Assembly (NCBI GenBank): GCA_013265495.1
Contig: MU061553.1
Coordinates: forward strand, 74,835 to 99,163
Reading direction: 5' to 3'
Source: Vicugna vicugna
Taxonomy: Eukaryota
Length of the DNA: 24,329 nt
Shown piece by piece: positions 10,236-22,732 of the stretch. How positions within the stretch are numbered: the first letter of the stretch is position 1; every line of letters begins with the position of its first letter. Made by a program: the position numbers and the translations under genes. A model generated the notes under the pieces. It had not been told where the DNA came from and did no database searches. It saw only the letters and a list, made by a program, of their open reading frames with translations.

Positions 10236-11509
10236 TCCATCCAGTAAGGACATGTGTCCCTGCATCACCAAAGCAATGAGAATTTGCACACAGAAAACAC
10301 AGTTCTCCAGTTGTGACAAATACGAGACCGTGAGCCATGAATTACAAGAACAAGCAACTTTTTAAATGCCATGGGCAAGTTTTTTTTATCATCTTGAAAA
10401 CATCACTGATGCTCTAGGTAAGAAAAAGAATTGTTTTACTAACAAATCTAACTGACACAGGGGTTTTTCCAAGTGAGAAGATAATTCCAAAAAGTGCAGT
10501 AAAATGAGTTAAGATGATCTGTGCGGTGACGGAGCTGATCTTAGACTGACGAGCATCACGATTCCCGGTTTTACACTTGCTCTCTGCTCGTCACCTCTGA
10601 CACAAGAACGCATCATATGAATTTTTTTTTCTTTAGGGAAAAAAATGTAAATAAAATCTAACTACGATATGTGGTATGAAAAGTGGTAATGAAGTTGTCT
10701 AACATATTAATGCAGCCAGTGTAATGTAGCACTTATTCGGGCACTAGAATTTTTTACATCATGATTTATTTTATATCCTATTTCTATCCTAAAGGAGACA
10801 CTTAAAGTTTTCTACTTTATTCAACATATCTTGTGGGGGTTGTGATATACACTGGTATGGCCGTTTTCAGATTTAAAACCGCCTCTGTGGTTGTGGTCGG
10901 GAAAGGCAAGGCTCCCTCACAGCTGCGACGGAGAAGGAATCCCCGGAGTCGGCCTCCGGGCAGCTTCCGAACAGCATTTGCTTGCACTTGGCACAGGACA
11001 CCATCAGCAAGTGTAACACTGACAAGGAGTGTTCCCCGAGGACCTGGGAGGTGCGCTAACATTGTGAAGCCAATTGTTTCCCAATTAGGTAAGGCTTGGA
11101 AAAACAGTTTATTATAAGTGACTTCCTTTGTATGTGCCTTTTGTCCTGAGAGGTCACTAATTAGCATAGAATATAAAATCCCCCATAATATAAGAATTTA
11201 GGTACCCCATTTTTCCATCTCCCTGTCTATTTGTTTATCATATTTATACCTAGGTTACACTTTCTATGATGTTCAATTCCGGGCACCAAAAAAGAAAGGT
11301 TACAAAATATTTCTTATTAAAAGCGAGGACTTGGTCTAAGGGTTAAAAACCACTACTGCTAACAATAAAAACCAGATAATATTTTTAATCTCAATTGCAT
11401 CAGATCTTCCCTTAAGTTCACTGTTACAACAGTAACGGAATTTCTCTTCTTCCAAGATTCAGGCCTGATCGCCACCCATCAAGACGTCTGTCTGTGAGTC
11501 CCTACTTGT

Positions 11510-11675
11510 CCTCGAGGCCCCCGAACACACCTTACGGGGTGAACCTTCTTCAGTATCCCTACTGTCGGGGAAACCTGGAAGCCCCAGGCACTGTCCAGGG
11601 GTCACACCTACCTGCAAAAATCAGTCATGTGATTGAAACGGGACAACCCAGGTGGTGTGATAGGGCTGAAAGCTC
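11510..11675 (-). mobile_element. Degraded MIR fragment
   Basis: cagtatccctactgtcggggaaacctggaagccccagg...tgtccaggggtcacacc...ggacaacccaggtggtgtga. Confidence 0.4.
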
Positions 11676-14514
11676 ACCAAAAACAGGTTTGGGGGCCTTA
11701 CCCAAGCCCTCCGGCTCCTCACATGAAGAAGGACAGGGAGGCCCAATTAGCCACGAGAATGGGGGCCTTCATTACTCCATGAATAAAGGATTTGTGCCAG
11801 TGCCACCTTTAGACAGGGAACCCCAGAACCCAGACTTGGAAGCACCCTGTCCCCTCCCCTCTGAACAAATATTCTCTCAAGACACATAGTGAGAGATGGG
11901 AGCCCCGGTGAGCTCTGGAATAAGATGTAATCTGAAAGACTGCTGGTAACAAATGGTGTGGAGCTCGGGCAGCCCCCAGGGCCACCAGCCCTTCTGGTAC
12001 CACTGATGCCCACACTTCCATCCACAACAGTTTCTTCAGGACCCTTACGCACACAGAACCATCACACAAAAATGATTTCTTAGACGTATTTTAAGAGAAA
12101 TAACATTATGAGAATGCCAAATACATGACGAGTCAGAGTCAAGACCCCAGAGTATTTACTGGATGAGAGCTCACGTGTGCTCCCCAGTGAGCTTTAAACC
12201 GTTAGGACACAGTCATGAACAGTAGGCATTTTCTTTCTTTCCTCCAAGTTGGCTTTACTTGAGAACTCCGTAGACACAGGAAGACTCTGGATCCCACCTC
12301 TACTGCTTACACAAAGGGCTCACCATGTGGAGTGGGATCAGCGCTGGTGCGACCGGCTCCAATGTGAGCACCCCCGTGTCCAGCTCCCCGAGGAGCAGAG
12401 CTCCCCCCATGGGCACTGCAGTGCCTGTAAGAATCAGGTGTCTGATGAGTGAGCCTGGGGCAGGCAGGACAGGAAGCAAGCACCGCTCCCTCACGCTCTT
12501 CAGGTGATCTCTGTGTCATCTTGAATAAATACAGTCAGCATTAAAGATGTTTGACAAGAGGGTAAAAGGTAAGGCCTCCTCAAATCTCCACGCATTCCTT
12601 TAGTGGCAGTCCTGGTAGAACACATGGCGACAAGAGATGCTGGCTTTACATGCGCACGTTGGCCTCAGGGCTGCAGGGGAGGCCACGGTGCTGCCTCTGC
12701 CCCACCTCCTGCCCTCGTCCCCCAGACCCCACAGGGGCCGCTGACTCGTTTCTCTGACTTTCTCTCCTTGGTTGTGCTGCTCTTCCAGCTTTTAAGAGCT
12801 CATAAAAACCTCACCAGAAAATCCTTAACAATGAACCCAAGTCAAATGAAATCAACCTAAGAGACACACTGCCTTCATCATTACTTTATATTTTAGGAAG
12901 AAATTCTTGAAGACGACTCCCTGACCTGGAGGGGTGGATGGAGGAGAAAAGAAAACAAGACAAGCATTTTTGGCCCATAAAAATTGAGAGGTAGCCAGAC
13001 GGTGTCTAGTCTTCATTGCACCTCTCTGCCAGCCCCAATTTCACAAGCCCTCCCCCACTGAACTCATCAGAACTCAACTGAAGGAGACAGCTCTGCAAAT
13101 TTATTGGAAACCAAAGAAATCACTACAGAAACAGTCTCTCAAACCCAGCGAGAACACTGTAAGCTGTCCAGTGCCAGAATCTGAATACTAAAACATGCAG
13201 ATCCAAACTCCGACCCCCTCCCTGGTGGGTGTACTTACAGTGGGGGTGTCGCTGTGCACTTTGTCCGCATCCAACATATAAAAATGAAAGGGACTCCAGT
13301 TTTCAACATCACAGTCCCTCTGAAACAACTGGTGGTCAATTAGCGTTTGTCGGCAGCCAAAGTCGATTTTCTCCCCTGCACGTGGACGTGAACACACAGA
13401 AGTGACTGATGATCCCCGCTGCGAGTGTAGCTAAGTGTTTCTAAGCAAACTGTCTCCATCACCCTCCTGATGATCAGGGGAGTGTGTTAGCCGCAGGGCT
13501 CTGCACACTAACGGCCAGGCAAGGAGGGCGCTTCCGTACTTTGGGGAGAAAAAGGCGGGAGCAGCACTCGCTGGAAATAAATTCTAATTAAAGCTCCAGG
13601 TGCGGTTCCTGCAGCGGAACCCACGCCAATAGATGAGGCTCCCTCCGAGCTGTCCAGTCATGTGAGCCAGGCTCATTAATATACCTGTGTGTTTGCTTTA
13701 GCAAGTGAATCATGTCTGTTTTCTGGAAATTACATGAGGGTGGAAAACCTTCCAAACATGTTCATTTATTTGCTGTGGAATTTGTTTAATCCTCTTAAGA
13801 GCATTTACAATGACAACCTTCTTAAATTAGCATCTTTGCCCGAGAGACCTTTCCAGGCACATGCGCCGAAACCTAGGACAACCCAGAAGCAGAATCAAAA
13901 CCGTTTCAGCTGCACAGCACCGCAGAATGTATCCAGTTTGAGAATCAAGGATTTTTTCTCCACACACTTTTCCTCCTCTGCACAAATTAATCAGCCTCTG
14001 CTGCTATTGTATAATGAGTGTCGTATGACTCATCTTCTCTGCCTGTAAAATGGAAATGGGAAATACTTCTACCCAATAAAATGTCATAGAACTAACCCCC
14101 AAAATTATATATATTAAAAAAAAAAGCCAGGGCTTTATGCTGTCCAGGGATATGAATCATTTATTTAATGTATCAATTGTTACTAGAATAAATTTTTCAA
14201 AATGTAACACCTCCTCAGATAACTTCAACTACTATTCAATAAAAATATCACAGAAAATTTCTGAAAAGAATTTAAAGGAAAATCATTTTTAACTGAATCA
14301 TGTTCTAGGCACACTGAATAAATTCTCTTTAGAGAATTCCTACTTTTTTTTAAATAAGTGACCTATAAAAATACACCGAACATTAATCAGTAAATCTTCA
14401 TTCCTCATTTTTAAAATTCTTAAGGCATGCTATTTTTCTTAAATCAAATGAGGAGGCATTCGCAAGCCAATGGACAACGGAATTACCTACGAGGACATTA
14501 TAAAGCAGCAAGAG

Positions 14515-14720
14515 CAACTAGCAATTTGCCAAGCATTCTGCCTGAGAGCCACTCGTACCATCTCATTTTGACCTGACCGCTTGGAGGTGAGCTCCATCAG
14601 CCCATTTAACATATGAAGAAACTGAGGCTATGGGTGGTCATGTTTTCAGTACTTGGTGGAGCCAGGATCCAAACCCGGATCTTTGTCTATAGAGCCTGTG
14701 CCTTTACCAGATCACACTAC
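14515..14720 (-). mobile_element. MIR element
   Basis: cccatttaacatatgaagaaactgaggct...ggtggagccaggatccaaacccggatct...agagcctgtgcctttacca (MIR core, antisense). Confidence 0.8.
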
Positions 14721-15757
14721 ATTTCTCACTCTTCAAATGCACTCAGTCCCCGAGGTAACACACCTTCCTTGCGTTTCTAAGAGTTTTAGGAAGTACTGAA
14801 TTACAAGGACTAATCAGACATTTGTGTGGGCTAATTTTTTATTTTCTGATTTTCCTGAATCAGTTCAGGCTGAATTCATACTACTTACGAGGAGAAGTCC
14901 TGAGGCAGAGGAGAGAGGGGAAGATAAGCCAGACATAAACAATTTCAAGAGATCCACTTCATCAAGGAAACAAAGTATTAAATAAACCACTTCAGCAACA
15001 CGCTTGTCAATAAACCTTGGTGTCTCTGTCTCAGCCTGAAGGGGGTAAGCCCTCCAGCCCATCTGCCTTCCTGCCACTTACCCTGGATGATCTTGGTTCC
15101 CTCACCTGTGACACGTGTGTTCTCCTGGGACTCTTTGTAGAGATTAAATGATAAAACTATATGCAAAGGGGCTACTTCATTGCCAGACAGTGGGCACCAA
15201 ACAGATAATAAAATTATTTTGTTTCATGAAAATGGGAGGCAAGTCTCCCAATTAAACATTCCTGATAGAATCCTAACAAGCACTTTAATTTATCTGCCAG
15301 AAAGTGTAAAATAGCATTTCTTTTTTGAAGGCTGTATCCGTTCTCCCTACTTTTTACCAATCCTGGCTGTTATCCTGAAAATCTATTCCCAGAACTTGGC
15401 ATCCATCTCCCATATTTAAATCCTTTAAGTTTGAAATTATGATGAAGCTTGGGCACATGAAGATTCACACCATAATTCACAGAATAAACAAAGACCACAG
15501 GAACAGGGCCACCTGCAGGCCCCATGTGCTCAGGACAGGCTCCAAACGTCACAAAATCAGATGTATGCTGTTTGAACAGAAAGAAAATTGAATGTGTTCA
15601 AGGAGGCTGACATAGAACACTGGCCGGCTCACGAGACGACTCCTTCGCCCCCTCGTCTGACCTAAGTCATCTAACACAGTTATCAGTTGATCTCTAACTA
15701 AAACTAAAACTGGGGGAGGGTTGGAAAGTAACATTTTTTCCTACAATATATACATAT

Positions 15758-16208
15758 TGTCAACTAAAAATTGGCACTTGTCATCTGCCTCTGATTTGAT
15801 TAAGTCATGAGCCACTGCAGCTGCTGTCCTTCAACACCCTCTGAAAGTAGTTCAGGGTGGAGATCAGGAATGGGGCGCTCTGTGCTCTGGGAAAAAGGGC
15901 AGAAAAGCCTTCAGATAGTTAGACATTTTCAGGAAATTTTATGAGCCCAAATTCTTGCATCTCCTCCTATCTAGAAAAGCACTAAAATCATTAAGAGACA
16001 CCTGCTCCTCGACTAGCAGCAGCCTCTGCCTAAACGTGTACTGGACTGCACGTCCCCCTTCACTGAAATCTCATATAATGCTGAGCTCCCCCTCCTCTTC
16101 AGAGCAGTTCCTCCAAGCTCTCTGAGATGCTGTCTCCTGGGCTCTGGTCCTCATTTTGCCCCAGATAAACCTTAACCCACAACTCTCACATTGTGTGGTT
16201 TATCGACA
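15758..16208 (+). mobile_element. Solo ERV1-class LTR (MER34/MER39-like), about 450 bp
   Basis: Begins TGTCAACTAAA and ends TTTATCGACA (TG...CA with imperfect terminal inverted repeat). TATA-like catataa near 16072. The 3' motif gctgtctcctgggct...gtcctcattttgccccagataaacc is typical of this LTR group. No clean TSD (ATAT versus GTGC). Confidence 0.8.
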
Positions 16209-17659
16209 GTGCCACAAGAATTAAGCTTAGATACTTGAACTCATAGTAAACATTCAATATCAAACATTTCTTGACTTAAATTCCTTTCCAAAAGTAAATA
16301 ATTATTCCATTTCATAAATATAACATCTTTAAATATAAATTAACAGATATTTGTGAATCTTAGGAAAATATATTCTAGAAAAAATTTTACCTAATTAAAA
16401 AAAAAGCTATTGTGTGGAGCTATAGAATTTCAAAAGTGGAAGAGAATAGTATTGTAACTCAAGTTCTTGTTTTAAATGCAGAGATCCTGAGGCCTCAAAA
16501 GACATATCAATTTGCCTGATTTTTTACACTGTCTTTTAACAGGAAACCTAGAACTAAATTCCTGGTCCTTGAGAAACCAAGACTTGCTTTGCTGGTGCAG
16601 GGCTGAACCTGATGAAAATGGGTGGTGAGAAAGAACCAGAATGCGGGGGCCTGGGCGAGGCAGCGGAATAAAGGAGGGTCTCACCTGGTCGTGGGTGAGA
16701 AATAGGCTCCCGCAGTGCTGGTGTGATGGGCATCCCTCAAGGGCTTGAAAACTACTATTTAGCACACCTGCCACCGAAACGCACACGAGCAGTTTAACTA
16801 GAAGGCTGACCAGGAGGCTTTGTCAGTGACACAACGAGCTATTTTCACATTAACTCTACAACTACAGGAAGAGAAAGAATAGAAAGCTGATATTAATTAT
16901 TAAAAATTTACACCAAGAACCAAGGAATTTCCAGGAGAAATAGAAAGACTTGTTGGAAGTTTCATTATGTGAACTTAATGCCAATTCAGTTGTCTTAAAA
17001 GTTGTGCTATAAAATATATTGTCCTTTGTTGTTCCAAATCACATTTGAAAGAAATATTGTTTCTTAAGGGTGTTTCTGGAATTTTCTTCTATTTCCTAAC
17101 ACCAAATCTCAGACCTTTAAAGAAATGAGGGTTTGGCATTTCGTCCACTGTTCTCTAGGCAATTTGTAGTTCCTTCAAAGAACAAGGGGGGAATCACACA
17201 GAAAAGCACTTGAGCATCAGGCTGCTTACATTTCCTCCGGAAGTCTTGGAAAACAACGTGGAAATGAACAGCAGGACAGAAACCTGGCGGGAGGGTCACT
17301 GGCTAGAAGGTGAGAACAAATGTGTTCTCCAACGTGCTCTGGTAGCCACTAGTTTAAATGAACCGAGCAGTTGTTCCAGCATACACGCACCTCTCCGTGA
17401 AAATCGCAACGGTTACCAGCCGCTCAGTGCAGCCCGAAGCAATGGACGGACTGCGGAGGCCCCCGGCGGCTCATCGTGGTGCCTTACACCACGTGCAGGA
17501 TGAGTGCTGCCTCCCCGCCCCCTCCCTCCCCTCCCCTCGAGGGAGATGGCTGGTCCTGAGCTGAGCACACCTCATAGCAAGCTGTCTCTCAGCCCTCTGT
17601 CTAAAGCAAGATAAAAGCAGGAAAGCTACCTTGGACTGCACAGAACCATCCCAAAAGGG

Positions 17660-17932
17660 AACTGAAGCACCTTTCTCCCCTCCTCTCTGCTGCCTGGAAT
17701 GTGGACCTGATGGTTGAGCCTCAGGCAGAAACTTTGGGCCATCAGATTGATGGGCTGAAAGCAACAGGCATCTGGTTCTCTGACCCTGGGGCCTTCATGC
17801 CAACCAGCCCTGCGGTACCGATTGCTTGACTTCTTTATGTAAGAGGGAAATTCAAGTTTAGCATGTGTAAGCCACTGCTGTTATCTGGGGAACTAGGTAT
17901 TGTATATTGCCACGGTAAGTCCTAATAATAAA
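17660..17932 (+). mobile_element. MaLR LTR fragment (MLT1J/K-like)
   Basis: ctgctgcctggaatgtggacctgatggttgagc...accagccctg...gacttctttatgtaagagggaaat...taagccactgctgttat...tcctaataata matches the 3' half of MLT1. Confidence 0.7.
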
Positions 17933-18399
17933 GTTAAAATTCACCAAAAACTATTTACCAGATAGTTAATAAATGATAAAGAGATCTTGATTTTTGTTTT
18001 AATGCTATGAAATGTAAATCAAGTTTCAGCATATGCCAGTAAAACAAGACAGTGTGGAGAAAAAGCAAAACAGAGATTGTAGGACAGAGACCCAAAGCAT
18101 CCTCTTCTCCAAGGCACAGGAGGACAGCCGTGACTCAACGTGCCAAGGCTGGAGTCACATGGGCTCCCTGTTTTCCTTGTCTTGGGTTGTGTTTTGTTTC
18201 CAGCCTTGGGAAAAATGGATAAGACTGCCGGTCAAATCATTTCAGGAGCAGCTTCCGTCGTGTAGAACCCCTGTCTCTTCCTTTCCTCTGCCTCCTGGAA
18301 TGTTCTGACACAATTAATCAGTCCAGCCTTCTAAACTGAGCAAATGGAGCTCAATCAATCTGCTTTTAGACAGAGTTAAGAAATAGACTTTAAAAAGCA

Positions 18400-18505
18400 T
18401 AACTAGGAAATCTTATCTTCCAGAGGTCATTGCACAGATGAAATAGGAGAATATCTGTCAATCACTCTGTAAACACTAAGTACAATACATACAATATTAG
18501 TACTG
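18400..18505 (+). mobile_element. MIR 3' fragment
   Basis: cttatcttccagaggtcattgcacagatgaaataggagaatatctgtcaatcactctgtaaacactaagtacaatac. Confidence 0.45.
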
Positions 18506-20613
18506 ATTCTATGTTACATTCATCAAAAAAGGAAAACAGAACCCTTTTCTACCAGAAGGAGAGGGTGCTTTGCAATTTTCTGTCACTTTAATTCTTCAAA
18601 AGTTTCTATAAAATTGATGCCTTTTAAAAGTCAATGCACATTAGGGACTAATTTTAATTCCATCATCTCCCCCTGTTTAACAGATATCAAGAATGATACC
18701 ATTCCTTGATATTTTATTTAGGAAAGCCTTCGGTATACATGAGGCACAGAGCATGACAAATTGTCAGTATCACTCAGGATAGGAAACCCATCTTTGATAC
18801 CCGAACTTGAAGACATGAAGAAGATGCCTGACATGTCCCACTGACCTTTCAAGCTATTATTTTGCAAACACTTGTTTCTTCTTGATCCAGAACAGACCCG
18901 CATTTGTTGATGTGAGACTCTTTAAGTGAAAAGGTCAACCCATCATTACCACTTTAGAGACTGAAATCTTACCCTCCTCATCCACGTGGACATAGCATCC
19001 TTACTGATTCCTAACATGAAAAATGACCACCGATGGCATCTCAGGATGCTCCAACGCAGAGGTTCTCTGCTGCAGTGAGGAGGAAAGAGGCATGTGCTTC
19101 AAGATGCACTTACTGTCTGTAGATCACTTAGCAAGACACTGCAACTTGTCTAAGCTAAAGCTTAAAAGTGGAATATAGAGGCAACATCCATGGCAAAGGG
19201 CATTCGGAGGCTAATTCCTTGGCCCCACTTCATCCCTTCTCAAGAGCCGTGGGCAATACCTTGAGAAAGGCAGCAACATGGTACCCAACTCATCAAAAAG
19301 CTGTGCTTCCTAATAATTGACAGTAAAGCAAGTGCCATCTGGCTCAACAGATCTCCCTGTGTCTCTACAGTGTACATCTACTTTTTCTTTATTTTCTCGG
19401 TTGGAGGACACTCCTTTTTTGAAAATCCCCCTCCCTGCAGTAGAAGTTCTTTGTTTCCCAATCAGAATGCAGGCTTGAAGGGGGGACAACAGAGCTGACA
19501 AAACATAGATCAGTATTTATTCCTTGATATATTTTTGGCACATGGACTAAAAATCATTGGGTCAGTTGGACATCAATATCATATCTAATTTACACAATTG
19601 TCAACTGTCATTTTACTACCAGCTCCTGAAACAGTCATGTGGTCACTAGGTTTTTTTTCCTTCCCTTGACCCATGGATTCGATGATTTCTCCCTAGACAC
19701 AATAGCTTTTCGAAAAAAAGTCTGTTTCACCTTTTGATTTTAAACTAAACTTGCGTGCTTGACACTGACTTCACTCTAACATTCACAGAAAGCTATCCAA
19801 GGACAACCACATTTGACATCATCTCTAGATGTCTTGAATACACTGCTGAGCTGATTCTTCCAGATCATTAAAATATATATGCACATTATCCTGTGGTCCT
19901 CTTCAATTTGTGGTGTTTTCAGTAATCGTTACCTCTTGGATACTTTATTACACATTTAGCATTTCTTTATCCAATTCAGTTACATTAGTATATAAGATTT
20001 GAAAAGAACTGCTTTCTCAAAATGATGATATTTAACATCTATGGTCTTTTTTAAATCAAGAAATTCAATAAGGCTGTCAAGGAGAGCAGTGAAGTTTGTG
20101 TGTGGTGATTGCTGCTTCAGCGTCTCCGGTCCTGCCCCATGATCTTGCAGGTGTTTACGCATCCTTGTCAATGTCATCACATCAGTCTATTAGGAGCTGA
20201 AATTAAACTACGTGGATGCTAATTTTTCTTTTTAAAAACAATAAACTCAATTTCCCCTACTAATTCTTTATTATTTCTCATACTGAGGCTCACTTCTTTC
20301 CCTAATATATATATTTGGTGGGGAGGGGGGCAGAGCCCTGAAAGCCTGCAGACAGCACCAACCCTATAAGAGTAACCAGAGGTGGCCGTGGATGTTGTGT
20401 GACTTCAGCCACTGAGCACGAGCACCTGCTGTCCCTCCAACTGTGCTGCCTCCATTGCTGACAGCCCTGAAGGTCACTGCCTCTTGTAAAATTCTACAAC
20501 ATTACAGTTCATACATTTTTAAAAGGTATAAAATTGTGAAAGTCGTCTGTTGTTTGTGTAAAGTGGGGGGTAGTTGCCTTTGCTCATTTCAGGCTAAACT
20601 AACTCCAGAAGGG

Positions 20614-20638
20614 CACACACACACACACACACACACAC
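20614..20638. repeat. (CA)12 microsatellite
   Basis: Perfect CA run. Confidence 0.95.
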
Positions 20639-21229
20639 GCAGTTCTGAGTGCCCCCAAGGAAAAGTTTGAAAGGCTTCAGGACAGTGGCGGCACTCAAAC
20701 CTTTGGAATTTTGAGCTCTATGAAATCATCACTTATTCAGAAATTAAGCCTTATAATTCTAGACCAAGAGAATCAGAATCCCCCACAAGATACTTACCGG
20801 AATTTTTTTAAAGAAACTATCTTCCCTAAAATCCAATGATAATTCAAATATCCAAGGAAAGAAAATAAATCAGTAATATCAAGCAATAATTTCTTCACTA
20901 TTGCTGATTAGCCTTCAGCCCCAACCAAAGGACATAGAAATAAGACACCTGGAGATAAAGAGATGGAAGAGAGGTATTAAAAAGCAAGAATATAAAAGAA
21001 GTAGTGGCCTTATGGAAACCTGCTCATTTTCTTTGAAATAATTACTTGGTTAAAGGAACTCACTCGTGAGGATCTGGAAATGCACCAAGAGGAAATCTAG
21101 CAGGGAAAAGAAGCAGGAGCAGGCCTCAGTTTTCTCCGAGGCTGATCCTAAATAAAAAAAAATTTCCTTGGCTTTCAGAATAGACAACCTGCATGGTTCC
21201 CTTAGCAGAAGAGTGACGAGGAGAGAAAA

Positions 21230-22732
21230 CCGAATGTGTGTGCAAACCATCCTTCGCCAACCCTGTTGGAACACAGAATTTTGGTGTTAGGGGCACCGCC
21301 CAACCTATAAATATAAGAGAAGGAACAAGCTCTAACAAGGTTTTTGGGCGAAAAATGCTTTTAGCTTTAAACCTACTCTATCAAACATGCTGAGAAATCA
21401 TGGTAAGTGCTTGAGATGTAGCCTTGCTGTTTACATTACATAAAGGAATGCTTCCCCACATGTACCATTTTGGGAACGGAATCTGTGTGAAAGCCTCCTT
21501 CATCTAGGTTTTTGGAAACCCAGAGTTTCTGGCCTCGGGGAATTAGGCTAGTTACATATCAAAGGGGAGGCAAAAACTCCAGGGCGCTTTTCCATTGCAA
21601 ACCGCTTTTACATGAGACCGGCTTTAAGAATTATGCTGAGAAATCAGAGTAAGTGTTTCTACATGTCACTCTACCTTTTATGCTGGATGAAAGAACGCCT
21701 CTCCACATGCTCAATTCTGACATCTCAATCTGTGTGGAAGCCGTTGTAAAACTAGATTTTTGGGAACACAGAGCTTCTATCTTAGAGCATCTACACTACT
21801 TACATATGTAAGGGGAGGCACAAGCTCCAACATGGTTATCCACAGCAAACCACTTTTACATTGAAACCGGCGCTTGGAAACATGAAGGGAAATCAGAGAA
21901 TGTGTTTGTACGTTTCACTCTGCCTTTTATGCTGGATAAAAGAACGCCTCAACACACGCTCAATTCTGAGGGTTGAATGTGTGTGAAAACCGTCAATCAC
22001 CTAGCTTGTAGGGAAGACACAGATTCTTTTGAGTGGGTAACTAGACTACATACATATATATGGGGAGGTACTAGCTCCAACTCGGTTTTACAGTGAAAAT
22101 CACATGAACTTCATACCGGCACTAAGAAACCATAAGAGAAATCAGAGTAAGTCTTTCTACTGCTACACATACCCTTTATGCTAGAGGAACGAACGCCCCT
22201 CCACAACTCATTTCTGAGCGTTGAATGTGTGTGAAAGCAATCAATTACCTATTTGGTCAGGAAAACACAGTTTCTTTTGAGTGTGGAATTACACCATATA
22301 AATATGGTAATTGTTTGGGAAAGCCGTCAATCACGTATCTTATTGGGAATACACAGTTTCTTTCTGGTGAGAACCTATACTACATACATATATATGGGGA
22401 GATACAAGCTCCACCACGCTTTTACTGTGAAAACTGCATGAACTTCAAACCGGCACTAGGAACATACAGAGAAACCAGAATGTTTCTTCTGAAACCCATT
22501 CCCTTTATGCTAGAAGAACGAACAACTCTCCAAATGCTCAATTCTGAGAGTTAAGTGTGAGTGAAAGCCGTCAATCAACAAACTAGTAGGGAACACACAG
22601 TTTTTCTCAGTGTGGAACTACAATACATAGATATATATGGGGAGGTACGAGCTCCAAATCGGTTTTACAGTAATAACTGGATGAACTTCAAAATGGCACT
22701 AGGAAACATACTGAGAAACCATAGTAAGTATT
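21230..22732 (+). repeat. Tandem satellite, monomer about 249 bp, forward block of about 6 monomers with the outer ones degenerate
   Basis: The anchor motif (t/a)g(a/g)gaaa(t/c)ca recurs at 21391, 21637, 21886, 22135, 22468 and 22712 (spacings 246, 249, 249, 333, 244). Shared motifs include gctcaattctgag, gtgtgtgaaagccgtcaatcacctag and catatatatggggagg. Confidence 0.93.

Noticed and set aside
11494..12860. Cluster of overlapping 60-131 aa ORFs on both strands
   Set aside because: No recognisable domains, partial overlap with a MIR, and expected by chance in GC-richer DNA.
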